Notes under the pieces: generated by a model | Database searches by the model: none | What the model was told of the DNA's origin: nothing | The model's input: only the letters and a program-made list of their open reading frames with translations | Assembly (NCBI GenBank): GCA_038882975.1 | Contig: JAVZNE010000001.1 | Coordinates: 192,001-256,000 of the forward strand | Source of the DNA: Candidatus Bathyarchaeia archaeon | Lineage (GTDB): Archaea > Thermoproteota > Bathyarchaeia > Bathyarchaeales > Bathycorpusculaceae | DNA: 64,000 nucleotides | Reading direction: 5' to 3' | Position numbers and translations under genes: made by a program | In this document: positions 1 to 10,069 of the stretch, piece by piece | Layout of the letters: every line of letters begins with the position of its first letter | Position numbering within the stretch: the first letter of the stretch is position 1

Positions 1-119
1 AGCCTTGGAGTGAAATTTGAAATCTCCTTCGGCAAGGTTGTTCGTACAACCGGTCCAAACTGGTACCAAATTGTTTTAGATATCAAAGCATCTTCGAGTC
101 GCCATGTGCGGTCTAGCAA
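1..119 (-). CDS. possible 5' part of a gene running off the left edge (hypothetical)
   Basis: Open frame from TTG at 119 (MLDRTWRLEDALISK...) to the window edge, divergent from the Trm112 gene; no motif recognised. Confidence 0.25.
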   Translation of the reverse strand, partial: MLDRTWRLEDALISKTIWYQFGPVVRTTLPKEISNFTPR

Positions 120-197
120 TTCTTTGGAGAATTAAATGTTTTATATTACTTGATAAATAAAATGCTGGTTGAGGAGGAATGAAAAATCAAAAGGAAA

Positions 198-461
198 TTG
201 ATGGAAATACTCGCATGCCCCATTGATAAACACCATCCGCTTGAACTTTATGTTTTTGAGGAAAAGGACGAAATCGTTGAAGGCCTAATTGTTTGTCCAA
301 AATGCCTAAGATGGTATCCGATTCGCGACGAAATTCCGGAAATGCTCCCGGACGAGCTACGCAAAGAGGACGAAGACTTGCCCTTCCTTAAAAAATGGAA
401 GGAGAAAGTTCCAGAGAAGATTCTTCTCGAAGGGAAACCATTTAACTTAAAGAGGAAGTAG
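198..461 (+). CDS. Trm112-family methyltransferase activator
   Basis: MEILACPIDK...GLIVCPKCLRWYPIRDEIPEML pattern; true start may lie upstream at 186 (see findings). Confidence 0.85.
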   Translation: MMEILACPIDKHHPLELYVFEEKDEIVEGLIVCPKCLRWYPIRDEIPEMLPDELRKEDEDLPFLKKWKEKVPEKILLEGKPFNLKRK

Positions 462-466
462 AAGAC

Positions 467-1414
467 TCACTTAAGCTTAACAAGTCTACCAGTTTTAGAG
501 GATTTAAGCGCAGCCTCAGCAATTTTTAAAGCCTTTAAGCCATCCCATCCCGTTATTAACGGCTTTTCTTTTCCAAGGACGCATCTTGCAAAGTGTTGAA
601 GCTCAAGTTTTAAGGGCTCCTGCCACGGAATTCTCGGCTGAACGGTTTTCTCCGCCGTCTCTATTGTCAATTCCTGCGTGATGTAGTCGAGTTTTGCTAT
701 GGCCTTGCTTCCGGTCACTACGAGAACCCTTGTCTTGTAGGGGGTTAACCAGTTCGCTTCAATAAAGGCGTTTTTCCCATGCTCAAAAGTTAGCATTATG
801 TGGGCGTAATCCTCGAACTTTTTATGCCTCATGTTACCAGTTTTCGCGTAAACCGCCACAGGGTCACCTTCAAATAAGTAGCGCATCACATCTATGTCGT
901 GAATCGCTAGGTCTTTTACCACTCCAACATCTCCTATTCTTTCAGGCCATTCTGAAACCCTCTTAGCTGTGGCGCAGACAAGTTCGCCTATATCTTGGCT
1001 TCCAATAGCTTTTCTAATATACTGGAGCCCGGGAATAAAACGCATTAGAAAGCCGACTGAAAGGTTTAGTCCTTCCTTCTCTGCGGTCCTTAGTAAAGTT
1101 TCGGCTTGTTTGGAGTTTGCAGCCATAGGCTTCTCAACCAAGACATGCTTTCCAGCTCTTAATGCCTTCAAGGCCTCTTTTGCAAGGCTTGTTGACCATG
1201 TGCAAACACTGACAGCTTCAACGTCTTTTCTCTTCAACATCTTTGCCGTGTTAGCATAAGCTTTAACGCCAAACTGTTTGGCAACAGCTTTTGCCCTTTC
1301 AGCATTAATATCGCAAACAGCCAAAAGCTCTGTTTCCTCCAGTTCGGTGAAAACTCTTGCGTGGTTCTTTCCCCAGAACCCGGTTCCGATAACAGCGACT
1401 CCGAGTTTTTTCAT
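467..1414 (-). CDS. Gfo/Idh/MocA oxidoreductase (WbpB-like nucleotide-sugar dehydrogenase)
   Basis: GTGFWG Rossmann motif, HVLVEKPMA, DLAIHDID; start trimmed to MKKLG. Confidence 0.85.
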   Translation of the reverse strand: MKKLGVAVIGTGFWGKNHARVFTELEETELLAVCDINAERAKAVAKQFGVKAYANTAKMLKRKDVEAVSVCTWSTSLAKEALKALRAGKHVLVEKPMAANSKQAETLLRTAEKEGLNLSVGFLMRFIPGLQYIRKAIGSQDIGELVCATAKRVSEWPERIGDVGVVKDLAIHDIDVMRYLFEGDPVAVYAKTGNMRHKKFEDYAHIMLTFEHGKNAFIEANWLTPYKTRVLVVTGSKAIAKLDYITQELTIETAEKTVQPRIPWQEPLKLELQHFARCVLGKEKPLITGWDGLKALKIAEAALKSSKTGRLVKLK

Positions 1415-2760
1415 CTCTTCCAAACACCTCTCCCGTAACCACGGTATATAAAGCCTTCAGCCTCAACTTCCACGGGGTCCAAGACACTTTCAAGGTCGAC
1501 AATTGCCGCTGGCATTTTTGCCAAAAGCTTAAGCCTCCTTAAATTCAGTTTTTTAAGCTGATCGTGCCCTGTAAGTACTACCATGCAGTCTGCACCCTCC
1601 ACTGCTTCTGCCAAACTTTTTCTTATGGGTGTGTGCTCTAGGTCTGTTAAGGTTCTCCCAGAAAGATATGGGTCATAAAGCGTCAGTTTTGCTCCCTTCT
1701 TTTCAAGTATGCTAATGATTTTCTTTACATAATCTTTGGGAATGTCTGCGGTGTTTGGTGTTTGGGAAAGCCCAAGCAGTGCAATTTTTGCTCTTCTTAA
1801 TGGTTTTCCACAGTTTTTAAGCGCATCTCGGATAAGTTCAACTCCATGCCTTAAAAATTCCTCGTTCAACTCCATTGCAGTTTCTGAAATGCGAAGTTTA
1901 AGGTTAAGGTTTTCAGCTTCTTCCAACAATATTCTAAAAGCCTCATTTGTTGACGTTGGTTGCGTATACATGTTTATAGCAGAACTTAAAAGGTCACGAA
2001 CTGCTGGGTAGTCTATGCCAAGCTTTTCGCAGAAAAGAGCGAACTCGTTATTTAATGCAGAATTAACATTTTGGAAAACAGCCTCGAAAAGAACAGCCGC
2101 TTCCGCTGTCTTCACATCCCTAGTTTTAATGACGCCGGCATTTGTTACAGCTTTTATGACGTTTAATGCGGCCTCTAAACTAGCCTCATCCGACGCTGCG
2201 ACAATCCTTCTACAACTTGTTAGGCTCTTAAGTGTTTGTCTCTCCGGAAATAATATTGGACTATAGGCCAATTGAAAATCTGAACCGGCTTTAAATCCGG
2301 AGGAGCTTTCGAGAATCTCTTTGAAGAGCCCCTCCATCATACCTATTCCAACAATGCTTGTGATAATGACCAACATTTCCTTTCGAAGGCTTGGGCCTAT
2401 CAATTTTAGAATTTTTTCCAAGGGAGAATAGTCCACTTCACCCTTATCGCTTATAACAACAGGGGTGGTAACTATTAAGATGTCGCCTTGGGATGTTACA
2501 GCTTTTAAATCATTGGTAACTTTTAGCCTTCCACTTGCCAAACTTTTCTGAAGAACCGGCTCTATTTCGTGTTTCAGGAATGGAACCTTGCCTTTTAGTA
2601 AACGCTCTACAGTAGCCTGGTCGCTGTCAACGCATATAACCCTAAAGCCCGCCTCGGCAAAAAGACAAGCGTGGAGAAGCCCTATACGCCCACAGTCAAC
2701 TATGCCGACCACTAATCTTTCATGCTGTTTCGAAGTCTCTGAAGACTTTGTCGATAACAT
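1411..2760 (-). CDS. UDP-glucose/GDP-mannose dehydrogenase family homolog, catalytic motifs degenerate
   Basis: WecC/WbpA-like layout and C-terminus (YDPY, VLTGHD, IVD, YRGYGRG); the GGHC and catalytic Lys motifs are absent. Confidence 0.75.
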   Translation of the reverse strand: MLSTKSSETSKQHERLVVGIVDCGRIGLLHACLFAEAGFRVICVDSDQATVERLLKGKVPFLKHEIEPVLQKSLASGRLKVTNDLKAVTSQGDILIVTTPVVISDKGEVDYSPLEKILKLIGPSLRKEMLVIITSIVGIGMMEGLFKEILESSSGFKAGSDFQLAYSPILFPERQTLKSLTSCRRIVAASDEASLEAALNVIKAVTNAGVIKTRDVKTAEAAVLFEAVFQNVNSALNNEFALFCEKLGIDYPAVRDLLSSAINMYTQPTSTNEAFRILLEEAENLNLKLRISETAMELNEEFLRHGVELIRDALKNCGKPLRRAKIALLGLSQTPNTADIPKDYVKKIISILEKKGAKLTLYDPYLSGRTLTDLEHTPIRKSLAEAVEGADCMVVLTGHDQLKKLNLRRLKLLAKMPAAIVDLESVLDPVEVEAEGFIYRGYGRGVWKR

Positions 2761-2797
2761 TTTGGTTTCTCCGGGTTGCAGAAACACTTATACAGGT

Positions 2798-4174
2798 TTA
2801 GCCTTTTAAGCTGTTGATTATCCTTTTAAGTTTTAAATTGTAATCTTTAACAAGCTTTAGGGCTTTCTCTTTTGTTTTTGCTTCTGCATAAAGCCGGTAC
2901 AGCGGCTCTGTTCCGCTCGGTCTAACGAGGATGGAGCTCTTATCCTCAAACCAAATTTTTACTCCGTCAATGGTGCTTATGTTTGGTCCCTTTGTCTGTT
3001 CGACAAGCTTTTCTAAAACTTTTTCCTTGAGCTGTTCTGGGCATTCAACCTTGTCCTTCTCAATAAAGTATTTGGGCAACTCATCGAGAAGACTTGAAAG
3101 TTTCTTACCTGTTTCAGCCATTATGCCCAATATTAGGGCTGTTGCCATTGCACCGTCTCTAACTGGCTGATGTGGTCCGTAAAAGATTCCGCCATTTTCC
3201 TCTCCGCCCAGCTTCGCATTCAAATTTTTCATTGTATGCGAAACAATGACGCTTCCAACTTTTGTCCAAACTATTTCGCCATCATAGGCGTCTGCAATAT
3301 CCTTCACTAGGGTTGATGAACTTATGGGCGAAACAATTTTTTCGCCGGGATTCTGCAGCAGAAAGTGTTTTTCAACGAGGGCGAAGGTTTTGTCGCCCCA
3401 GTGGATTTCTCCCCTTTCATCAACAAATATTGAGCGGTCAGCGTCTCCATCAAAGGCTACTCCCAAGTCTGCGCCCACAGCCTTAACGGTTGAAGCCAAA
3501 TCTCCAAGGTTTTCAGGTCGCGGTTCAGGCGGTCTTGCTGGGAATGTTCCATCGATATTCGCGTTTATGGTTGTGACACGGCAGCCAAGCTCTCTGAGGA
3601 GTTTGGGAACTGCAAGCGCGGCAACGCTGTTTGCGGCGTCAACCACCACGTGATAATGCTTACTTGCTATTTTGGCTGTGTCCACATGCCCTTTTATAGC
3701 TTCCACATATTCCTCAATAGTTCCCATAAGGTTTTGAACTTCTCCTATTTTGTCCCATTCCGCATAACGAATCTTGTTGTCGAAGAATATGTTTTCAATT
3801 TCTATTTCCTGTTCTCTTGCGATTTCTATTCCATCACTCCAGACAACTTTTATCCCGTTGTATTCTGGGGGGTTATGAGAAGCGGTTATAATAACTCCGC
3901 CGTCAAACGTGTGGCTTTTCACCGCGTATTGTAGTGCTGGCGTTGGCGCCATTCCAGCAACTAACACGTCACAGCCAGCGGCATTTAAACCCGCTATTAC
4001 AGCTTTTGCAAGCATGGGGCTGCTTGTTCTGGCGTCATGTCCAACAAGCAAATCCCCGCAATTAAAGTATGTGCCTATGGCGCTTCCAATGGTAATCGCA
4101 AGCTCCGGGGTTAACTCCTTATTAACCAGCCCACGAATCCCATTGGTTCCAAACAGTCTCCTTTGGCTTAACAC
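2798..4174 (-). CDS. glmM: phosphohexomutase (phosphoglucosamine mutase / PMM-PGM)
   Basis: LFGTNGIRG, TASHNP phosphoserine loop, DGDADR, GEENGG, RPSGTEP; GTG start at 4174 after GAGGT. Confidence 0.85.
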   Translation of the reverse strand: MLSQRRLFGTNGIRGLVNKELTPELAITIGSAIGTYFNCGDLLVGHDARTSSPMLAKAVIAGLNAAGCDVLVAGMAPTPALQYAVKSHTFDGGVIITASHNPPEYNGIKVVWSDGIEIAREQEIEIENIFFDNKIRYAEWDKIGEVQNLMGTIEEYVEAIKGHVDTAKIASKHYHVVVDAANSVAALAVPKLLRELGCRVTTINANIDGTFPARPPEPRPENLGDLASTVKAVGADLGVAFDGDADRSIFVDERGEIHWGDKTFALVEKHFLLQNPGEKIVSPISSSTLVKDIADAYDGEIVWTKVGSVIVSHTMKNLNAKLGGEENGGIFYGPHQPVRDGAMATALILGIMAETGKKLSSLLDELPKYFIEKDKVECPEQLKEKVLEKLVEQTKGPNISTIDGVKIWFEDKSSILVRPSGTEPLYRLYAEAKTKEKALKLVKDYNLKLKRIINSLKG

Positions 4175-4188
4175 ATCCCTACCTCGTT

Positions 4189-5274
4189 TTAAATAATGCA
4201 TTTTGATTCTGATACATCATGGAAAACTTCTTTGGCTGGGCAAATTGAAACTCCTTCAGCCAGTGAAACATTATCCCCTATAACCGCGTAATCCCCTATA
4301 ACACAGTTACTGCTAATTTTAACCCTTTTACCCACAACAACATTCTCACCAATTATGGCTCCATTTATTAAAGAATCATCAGAAATAGAGACGCTTGAAA
4401 AGATGACCGAGTTTTTTATGTGAGCGTTCCTTCCCACGCTAACGTTTTTCCCGAGAACCGCGTATGGTCCAATGGTTGAGCCTTCCCCAATTGTAGCGCT
4501 TAAATCACAAAATACTGGTTCCTTTATCTTCCCGTCACCCTTTATCACGTTCTCATGTCTCCCACGAAGGCTATCCAGCAGAATCTTGTTTATCTCCAGA
4601 TAATCTTCAGCCTTACCAATGTCAGTCCATAGACCATTGAACACGTAGCCAAAAAGCTTGCCTTCCTCCACAAGCTTTGGAAATACCTCACGCTCAAGAG
4701 AAACCTTTCTTCCAATCTGGATATATTTGAAAATTTCGTGGCTGAGAACGTATATTCCAGCGTTTATAAGATTTGATGGAAACATTCCAGGCGGAGGTTT
4801 CTCAATAAACCTTTCTATTTTGCCGTTATCGGCGAGTTCTGCAACCCCATATCGACTTGGATCTTTAACAGTGCATAAGGCTATTGTTGCAACAGCATCT
4901 CTTTCCTCATGTTTCCTAATTATTTCAGCATAGTTTATGCTGGTGAAGATGTCGCCATTTACAACCAGAAAATTGTCGCCTTTTAAGAGTTCTTCAGCAT
5001 GTTTTATTGCGCCGCCTGTTCCAAGAGGCTTTTTAGGAGGGTCATACGAGTATACAATTTTCACTTTGCCCTTCGAAAACTTGGAATTTTTTATGTGAAA
5101 GGCTGTTTGATGATTAACCGCCAATATCGCCTCTCTTATCCCACTTTTTGATAGGCTTTCAAGGGTCCATTCTAAAAGCGGCTTGTTAAGCACTGGGAAT
5201 AGAATTTTGGGTCTTGTACAGCTCAGGGGTCTAAGCCGGGTTGCAAATCCTCCCGCTAGAATTAATGCCTTCAA
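4189..5274 (-). CDS. sugar-phosphate nucleotidyltransferase (mannose-1-P guanylyltransferase-like) with beta-helix tail
   Basis: LAGGFATRLRPL, PLGTGGA, VNGD, FIEKP, hexapeptide repeats. Confidence 0.88.
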   Translation of the reverse strand: MKALILAGGFATRLRPLSCTRPKILFPVLNKPLLEWTLESLSKSGIREAILAVNHQTAFHIKNSKFSKGKVKIVYSYDPPKKPLGTGGAIKHAEELLKGDNFLVVNGDIFTSINYAEIIRKHEERDAVATIALCTVKDPSRYGVAELADNGKIERFIEKPPPGMFPSNLINAGIYVLSHEIFKYIQIGRKVSLEREVFPKLVEEGKLFGYVFNGLWTDIGKAEDYLEINKILLDSLRGRHENVIKGDGKIKEPVFCDLSATIGEGSTIGPYAVLGKNVSVGRNAHIKNSVIFSSVSISDDSLINGAIIGENVVVGKRVKISSNCVIGDYAVIGDNVSLAEGVSICPAKEVFHDVSESKCII

Positions 5275-5353
5275 TGGGGTTTCACCGTTTATGCTGCAAG
5301 CTTATATTCAAAATCCTTCGAATAAAACAGTTTCGTGAAGAGGAGGAAGCCTT

Positions 5354-6112
5354 ATGAAAGTTCTACTTCATGAGATGAGTTGGGTGGAGGCAAAGGAATA
5401 TTTTGGCAGAAATGATATAGCCATCGTTCCAGTTGGCTCCAATGAACAGCATGGTCCCCAAAACCCCCTCGGAACAGACCATTTTATTGCCAAGGCAATA
5501 GCCGAGGAAGCTGCCAAACGTGCAAAGGTTCTCTGTTTGCAAGTTATTCCTTTCGGCGTAAGCCACCACCATAGACAGTTTTGGGGCACAATTCATGTTT
5601 CACCTAAAACCCTAAAAGCCTACGTGAAGGATGTTTGCCTATCCCTAAACTATTATGGCGTAAAGAAAATTGTCATTGTTAATGGGCACGGCGGAAACCT
5701 AAACGCCCTAACCGAGCTAGCTAGAGAGTTAAGAGAAAAAGGGATTTTCGTCTCAGTTTTTCAATGGTGGCCCGCCGCTGGAAAGCTTTTTCCAGACATA
5801 TTTAAGCCGGAAGAGAGGGGACACGCTGGTGCTGAGGAAACTTCTGTGAATTTGGCTTTACACCCGCATCTAGTAAACATGGATAGGGCTTTGGACGAGG
5901 AGGTGCGCGGGCACATCGCAGAGGTTGAAGGCGTAACCCTTCCATTGGACACTGCGGATCGCACAAGTTCAGGAGTTTTCGGCAGGTCAACAACAGCTTC
6001 AGCGGATAAGGGTAAACAGGTTTTTGAAGCGGTGGTTAACGAACTTGTTAAACACATCGATTTGCTGAAAAAAGCGAAAGTTGAGGATTTGATGGCTAAA
6101 TCGAGGATTTAA
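5354..6112 (+). CDS. creatininase-family amidohydrolase
   Basis: GSNEQHG..LGTD, NGHGGN, HAGAEETS; SD GAGGAGG upstream. Confidence 0.88.
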   Translation: MKVLLHEMSWVEAKEYFGRNDIAIVPVGSNEQHGPQNPLGTDHFIAKAIAEEAAKRAKVLCLQVIPFGVSHHHRQFWGTIHVSPKTLKAYVKDVCLSLNYYGVKKIVIVNGHGGNLNALTELARELREKGIFVSVFQWWPAAGKLFPDIFKPEERGHAGAEETSVNLALHPHLVNMDRALDEEVRGHIAEVEGVTLPLDTADRTSSGVFGRSTTASADKGKQVFEAVVNELVKHIDLLKKAKVEDLMAKSRI

Positions 6113-6116
6113 AGTG

Positions 6117-7673
6117 TCATTCCCATTCTATAGTTGCAGGCGGCTTATGGGTAATGTCATACACCACCCTAACAACTTCCGGTATTTCGCTGGTTATCCT
6201 CGTGGAGACTTTTTCTAAAACCTTGTAGGGAATTCTTGCAAAACTCGCCGTCATAGCCTCGCGACTTTCCACAGCTCGGATGGCTACGACATAGCCATAA
6301 GCTCTAGTGTCGCCCTTAACACCAGTGGCTTTCGTGTTTGTCAAAACCGCAAAATACTGCCACAATCGCTCTTTTAAGCCACTTTTCTCGAATTCCTCCC
6401 TCACAATTCTGTCCGCCTTCCTAACAATCTCAACCTTCTCTTTAGTTATTTCACCTACAACTCGTACTGCAAGCCCAGGACCGGGAAAAGGCTGCCTAAA
6501 AACTATTTCTTTTGGCAACCCAATTATTTTGGAGACTCTGCGAACTTCGTCCTTGTATAAATCTCTCAAAGGCTCGACAATTTTCTTAAACTTGATTTTT
6601 GTTGGGAGCCCGGCAACGTTATGATGCGTCTTGATTTTGTCTGAAAACCTTCGGAAGCCGGATTCAATTCTATCTGGGTAAATAGTTCCTTGGATGAGGT
6701 ATTCTGCGCCAACTTTTTCCGCAACTTCTTCAAAAACTCTGATGAACTCTTCGCCTATAATCTTCCTTTTCATTTCTGGGTCGGTTACGCCTTTAAGCCT
6801 TTCAAAGAATCTTTCTTGCGCGTTTACAATAACAAGGTTTATTTTGAGTTTTTGGAAAGTGTTCTTAACAAAATCTGGCTCGTTTTCCCTCATGAATCCG
6901 TGGTTAACAAAAACTGCTGTTAGTTTCTCTCCTATTGCCTTGGCTGCTATGGCTGTGGCTACGCTGGAGTCTATGCCTCCACTTAGGGCTATTATAGCTT
7001 TGCCGTCACCAACTTCTTTCCTAACTTCCTCAACCATTTTATTTATAATGTCTTCCATCCTCCAGTTGGCAACACAACCACACACTTCAAAGATAAAATT
7101 GTGCAGCATTTTAGCTCCATTTACCGTGTGCACCACTTCTGGATGCCACTGTAAACCGTAAATTGGTCTGGTTTTATGCTTGAAGGCGGCAACTGGGCAA
7201 TTTTGAGTATGAGCTAAAACATCAAATTCTGGGGGAACTGAAAAGACTGTATCGCTGTGGCTCATCCAAACCCGCTCTTTCCTGTTTAAATCCTTTAGAA
7301 CGTCAACAGGCTTGCCTATTATTGCATAAGTTGAGCCGAACTCTTTCCGCTTGGCTGGGCCAACTTTCCCACCGAAAATTTGAGCTATAAGCTGATGCCC
7401 ATAGCATAAACCTAAAACAGGTAGTCCTAAATCAAAAATACGCTTGTCCGGCTTTGGCGCATCTGCATCAAAAACGCTTGCAGGACCGCCAGACAGAATT
7501 AACCCTTTAATGTTAAACTTTTCGCCTAGAAGCCGTATCTCCTCAATTTTTATGTCGTGGGGAACAATTTCCGAATATACGCCGTTCTCTCTAACCCGCC
7601 TCCCAATGAGGTGACAGTATTGCCCGCCGAAGTCCAATACCAATATGGTATCGTATTTCAAGTATATACACAC
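6117..7673 (-). CDS. guaA: GMP synthase (fused GATase + ATP-PPase)
   Basis: [48 protein letters not shown]; likely start TTG at 7661. Confidence 0.95.
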   Translation of the reverse strand: MCIYLKYDTILVLDFGGQYCHLIGRRVRENGVYSEIVPHDIKIEEIRLLGEKFNIKGLILSGGPASVFDADAPKPDKRIFDLGLPVLGLCYGHQLIAQIFGGKVGPAKRKEFGSTYAIIGKPVDVLKDLNRKERVWMSHSDTVFSVPPEFDVLAHTQNCPVAAFKHKTRPIYGLQWHPEVVHTVNGAKMLHNFIFEVCGCVANWRMEDIINKMVEEVRKEVGDGKAIIALSGGIDSSVATAIAAKAIGEKLTAVFVNHGFMRENEPDFVKNTFQKLKINLVIVNAQERFFERLKGVTDPEMKRKIIGEEFIRVFEEVAEKVGAEYLIQGTIYPDRIESGFRRFSDKIKTHHNVAGLPTKIKFKKIVEPLRDLYKDEVRRVSKIIGLPKEIVFRQPFPGPGLAVRVVGEITKEKVEIVRKADRIVREEFEKSGLKERLWQYFAVLTNTKATGVKGDTRAYGYVVAIRAVESREAMTASFARIPYKVLEKVSTRITSEIPEVVRVVYDITHKPPATIEWE

Positions 7674-7716
7674 TCAAATGCTTTGAACATGGGGATAAAA
7701 TGCTATTAAAAGTTTG

Positions 7717-9120
7717 TTAGGCGTATATGTACTTTTGCAGCTCCCAAAGCGTAACTGCGCCTTTATCATCTTTGGGCATGTGAGGCTCGTATTCACGCCA
7801 CTCTTGCATTTTAAGCTCCAAATATTTCTCCATGTTTTCTTTACCCAAAGCCCTTATGCAAATGTCGTCGCTTTTCAGTTCTTCCGAGGCTTCTTTAAGT
7901 GAGCTTGGCAGTACCTTAATTCCAAGCTCCTTTCGCTTCGCCTCGCTTAAATGATAAACATTCACGTCAACGGGGTCACCTGGCTCTATCTTCCTTTTGA
8001 TACCGTCTAAACCAGCTTCGAAGATTACGGCATATGCTAAATAAGGGTTACAGAGCGGGTCTGGACATCGGAATTCTATTCTGGCTTCACTCTCCTTCCC
8101 TGGGAAGTATTCTGGCACTCGGATTAAGGCTGAACGGTTTTTCCTGCTCCAAGTAATGTAGACCGGAGCCTCATAGCCTGGCACAAGCCTCTTATAACTG
8201 TTGACCGTGGGCGCTACAACTGCGCATAAAGCCCTTGCGTGCTCAAGGATTCCACCTATGAAATAGCGGCACTTCTGTGACAAATGAGCATAGCCATCCT
8301 TGTCATAGAAGATATTTCTTCCAGTCTTCGCGTCGAAAAGTCCGAGATGGACATGCATGCCGCTCCCTGGTTTTCCAAACCATGGTTTTGGCATGAAAGT
8401 GGCTATCCATCCATATTTTCTGTCAGCAACAGCCTTAGCTGCAAACTTATAACGTACAATATTATCCGACGTTGTCACCGGATTGGAGTACTTGAAAGTT
8501 ATTTCATTTTGAGCCGCACCGACCTCATGGTGCTGCCTCTCAACCTCTATGCCCATTGTGAAGAGCGCATTGGTCAACTCCATTCTGAAGGCTTCAGTAA
8601 CATCCCTGCCCGGAGCTATGTCAAAATAACGCTGTTTGTCTATAAGGTGATTTTCAACAGGTTGGAAATCGCCATTAGCGGTTCTTTGCACAAGGTAAAA
8701 CTCCAACTCTGCGGCTGCCGTCGGCTCGTATCCCTCAGCCGCCAATCTTTCAAGGGTTTTTTGGCATATATATCGCGGGTCTCCTTCAAAGCGTCTGCCT
8801 TCCGGCGTGTATAAGTTGCAAATAAAGCTCACAACACTTTTGTCATAGAAATAGTATGGGCAAACCGTGAAAGTGGTTATGTCAGGTTTCATAAGCATGT
8901 CGCTTTCTTCTATGCCAACTCCGCCAATCAACGATGAACCATCAAAGCCGACACCCTCAACTATGGCGTTTTCCACCTCCTCAACGGGAATAGTCCTACC
9001 CTTTAAAAAACCAAGCAGATCTGTGAAATGCAAAAGAACATGGTCAGCGTTTTTCATAAGCCTAAAACACAATTCAACATTTTGGTTTTGAAACATCCGC
9101 CGTAGCGAATTTCGCATCAT
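7717..9120 (-). CDS. glnA: glutamine synthetase type I
   Basis: FDGSS, ELEF, HHEV, FMPKP..GSGMHVH, NSYKRLVPGYEAP, NRSALIRVP, RIEFR; start uncertain. Confidence 0.88.
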   Translation of the reverse strand: MMRNSLRRMFQNQNVELCFRLMKNADHVLLHFTDLLGFLKGRTIPVEEVENAIVEGVGFDGSSLIGGVGIEESDMLMKPDITTFTVCPYYFYDKSVVSFICNLYTPEGRRFEGDPRYICQKTLERLAAEGYEPTAAAELEFYLVQRTANGDFQPVENHLIDKQRYFDIAPGRDVTEAFRMELTNALFTMGIEVERQHHEVGAAQNEITFKYSNPVTTSDNIVRYKFAAKAVADRKYGWIATFMPKPWFGKPGSGMHVHLGLFDAKTGRNIFYDKDGYAHLSQKCRYFIGGILEHARALCAVVAPTVNSYKRLVPGYEAPVYITWSRKNRSALIRVPEYFPGKESEARIEFRCPDPLCNPYLAYAVIFEAGLDGIKRKIEPGDPVDVNVYHLSEAKRKELGIKVLPSSLKEASEELKSDDICIRALGKENMEKYLELKMQEWREYEPHMPKDDKGAVTLWELQKYIYA

Positions 9121-9260
9121 GTTAGCTCCCTGGATAATTTTACAGTTAGATAAGCTTTAATAATACATATAAAAGGTTTTTCAAAGAAAATGATGACAAA
9201 TGTTAAATATAAAATAAAGTAGTCTTACATGTGTAACATGAATGAAGGAGCGTATATATA

Positions 9261-9770
9261 ATGAACGGTGCAAATGTTCGATGGTCAGCCCCCAAGGAAG
9301 GTAGCGAAAAGCGGGTCAGAAAAGGGGAAGAATTAAACGAGGTTGACGTGAAAATTTTGAGGGCTTTAACTTTGGATGCGAGGCTTTCCTCAAGGCAGCT
9401 GGCTAAGCAGTGTGGCGTATCCACAAGCACAGCCCTATCAAGAGTAAAGAAACTGGAAGAAGCTGGTATAATAAAGGGGTACGCAGCCCTACTGGACCAT
9501 GAGAAACTTGGCTACGCCCTAACCGTCGTGGTCGAAATAACAGTTTCAAAAGGAAGACTTTTAGAAGTGGAAAGCGAAATTGCAAAACTTCCCAACGTCT
9601 GCTGCGTCTACGACGTAACAGGACTGATAGACGCCATAGTCATAGCCAAATTCAAAAACAGAGAAGAACTAAGCAAATTTGCAAAACGCTTGTTAGCAAT
9701 GCCCTACGTAGAAAGAACAAACACCCACGTAGTGCTAACAACAATAAAAGAAGATTTCAGAATAATCTAA
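9261..9770 (+). CDS. Lrp/AsnC transcription regulator
   Basis: HTH (DVKILRAL..ARLSSRQLAK) plus RAM domain (YDVTGLID); divergent from glnA. Confidence 0.9.
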   Translation: MNGANVRWSAPKEGSEKRVRKGEELNEVDVKILRALTLDARLSSRQLAKQCGVSTSTALSRVKKLEEAGIIKGYAALLDHEKLGYALTVVVEITVSKGRLLEVESEIAKLPNVCCVYDVTGLIDAIVIAKFKNREELSKFAKRLLAMPYVERTNTHVVLTTIKEDFRII

Positions 9771-9837
9771 ACCCTTAAGAAACATTGAAGGGAAGGTTTA
9801 ATTTCACCTAGAAAAATAAGAAATAAACTGAAGACAT

Positions 9838-9952
9838 GCGGGGGTTGCCAAGCCTGGCCAAAGGCGCAGCCCTGAGGAGAAACCCTTCCAAAAGTTTCGC
9901 GGAACGGCTGTCCCGTAGGGGTTCGTGGGTTCAAATCCCACCCCCCGCACCA
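9838..9952 (+). tRNA. tRNA-Leu(GAG) with 27-nt intron at 37/38 (9878-9904), CCA encoded
   Basis: Acceptor GCGGGGG/CCCCCGC, anticodon stem CAGCC/GGCTG, loop CT-GAG-G, long variable arm, T-arm GTGGG-TTCAAAT-CCCAC, relaxed bulge-helix-bulge. Confidence 0.93.
9940..9950 (+). repeat. att-like core copy 1 (ACCCCCCGCAC, tRNA-Leu 3' end)
   Basis: Identical 11-mer at 11767 and 13067. Confidence 0.8.
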
Positions 9953-9970
9953 TCGCCACAACGTCGAATT

Positions 9971-9996
9971 CGCTCAAACTTCGCTCTTTTTGAGCG
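9971..9996 (+). other. hairpin downstream of tRNA-Leu (possible terminator or att-associated structure)
   Basis: CGCTCAAA-N10-TTTGAGCG, perfect 8-bp stem. Confidence 0.4.
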
Positions 9997-10052
9997 TAAA
10001 ACAGCAGAAAATTGACTTTAATTTTTTGGGTCTCTTTTGATTTTGCTTGAGA

Positions 10053-10069
10053 GTTTATAACTGTCAAGT
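10053..10069 (+). repeat. subterminal inverted repeat, left
   Basis: GTTTATAACTGTCAAGT matches the reverse complement of 13035-13051 at 16/17. Confidence 0.7.

Noticed and set aside
6307-8814. Long antisense ORFs (6694-7161, 8284-8814) and similar ones across the window
   Set aside because: Shadows of well-supported genes on the opposite strand, with no motifs.
9190-9240. ATGATGA box C-like word and TTACA-TG-TGTAA palindrome between glnA and Lrp
   Set aside because: No box D partner; the palindrome is short in AT-rich DNA, so it may be an operator but is unsupported.
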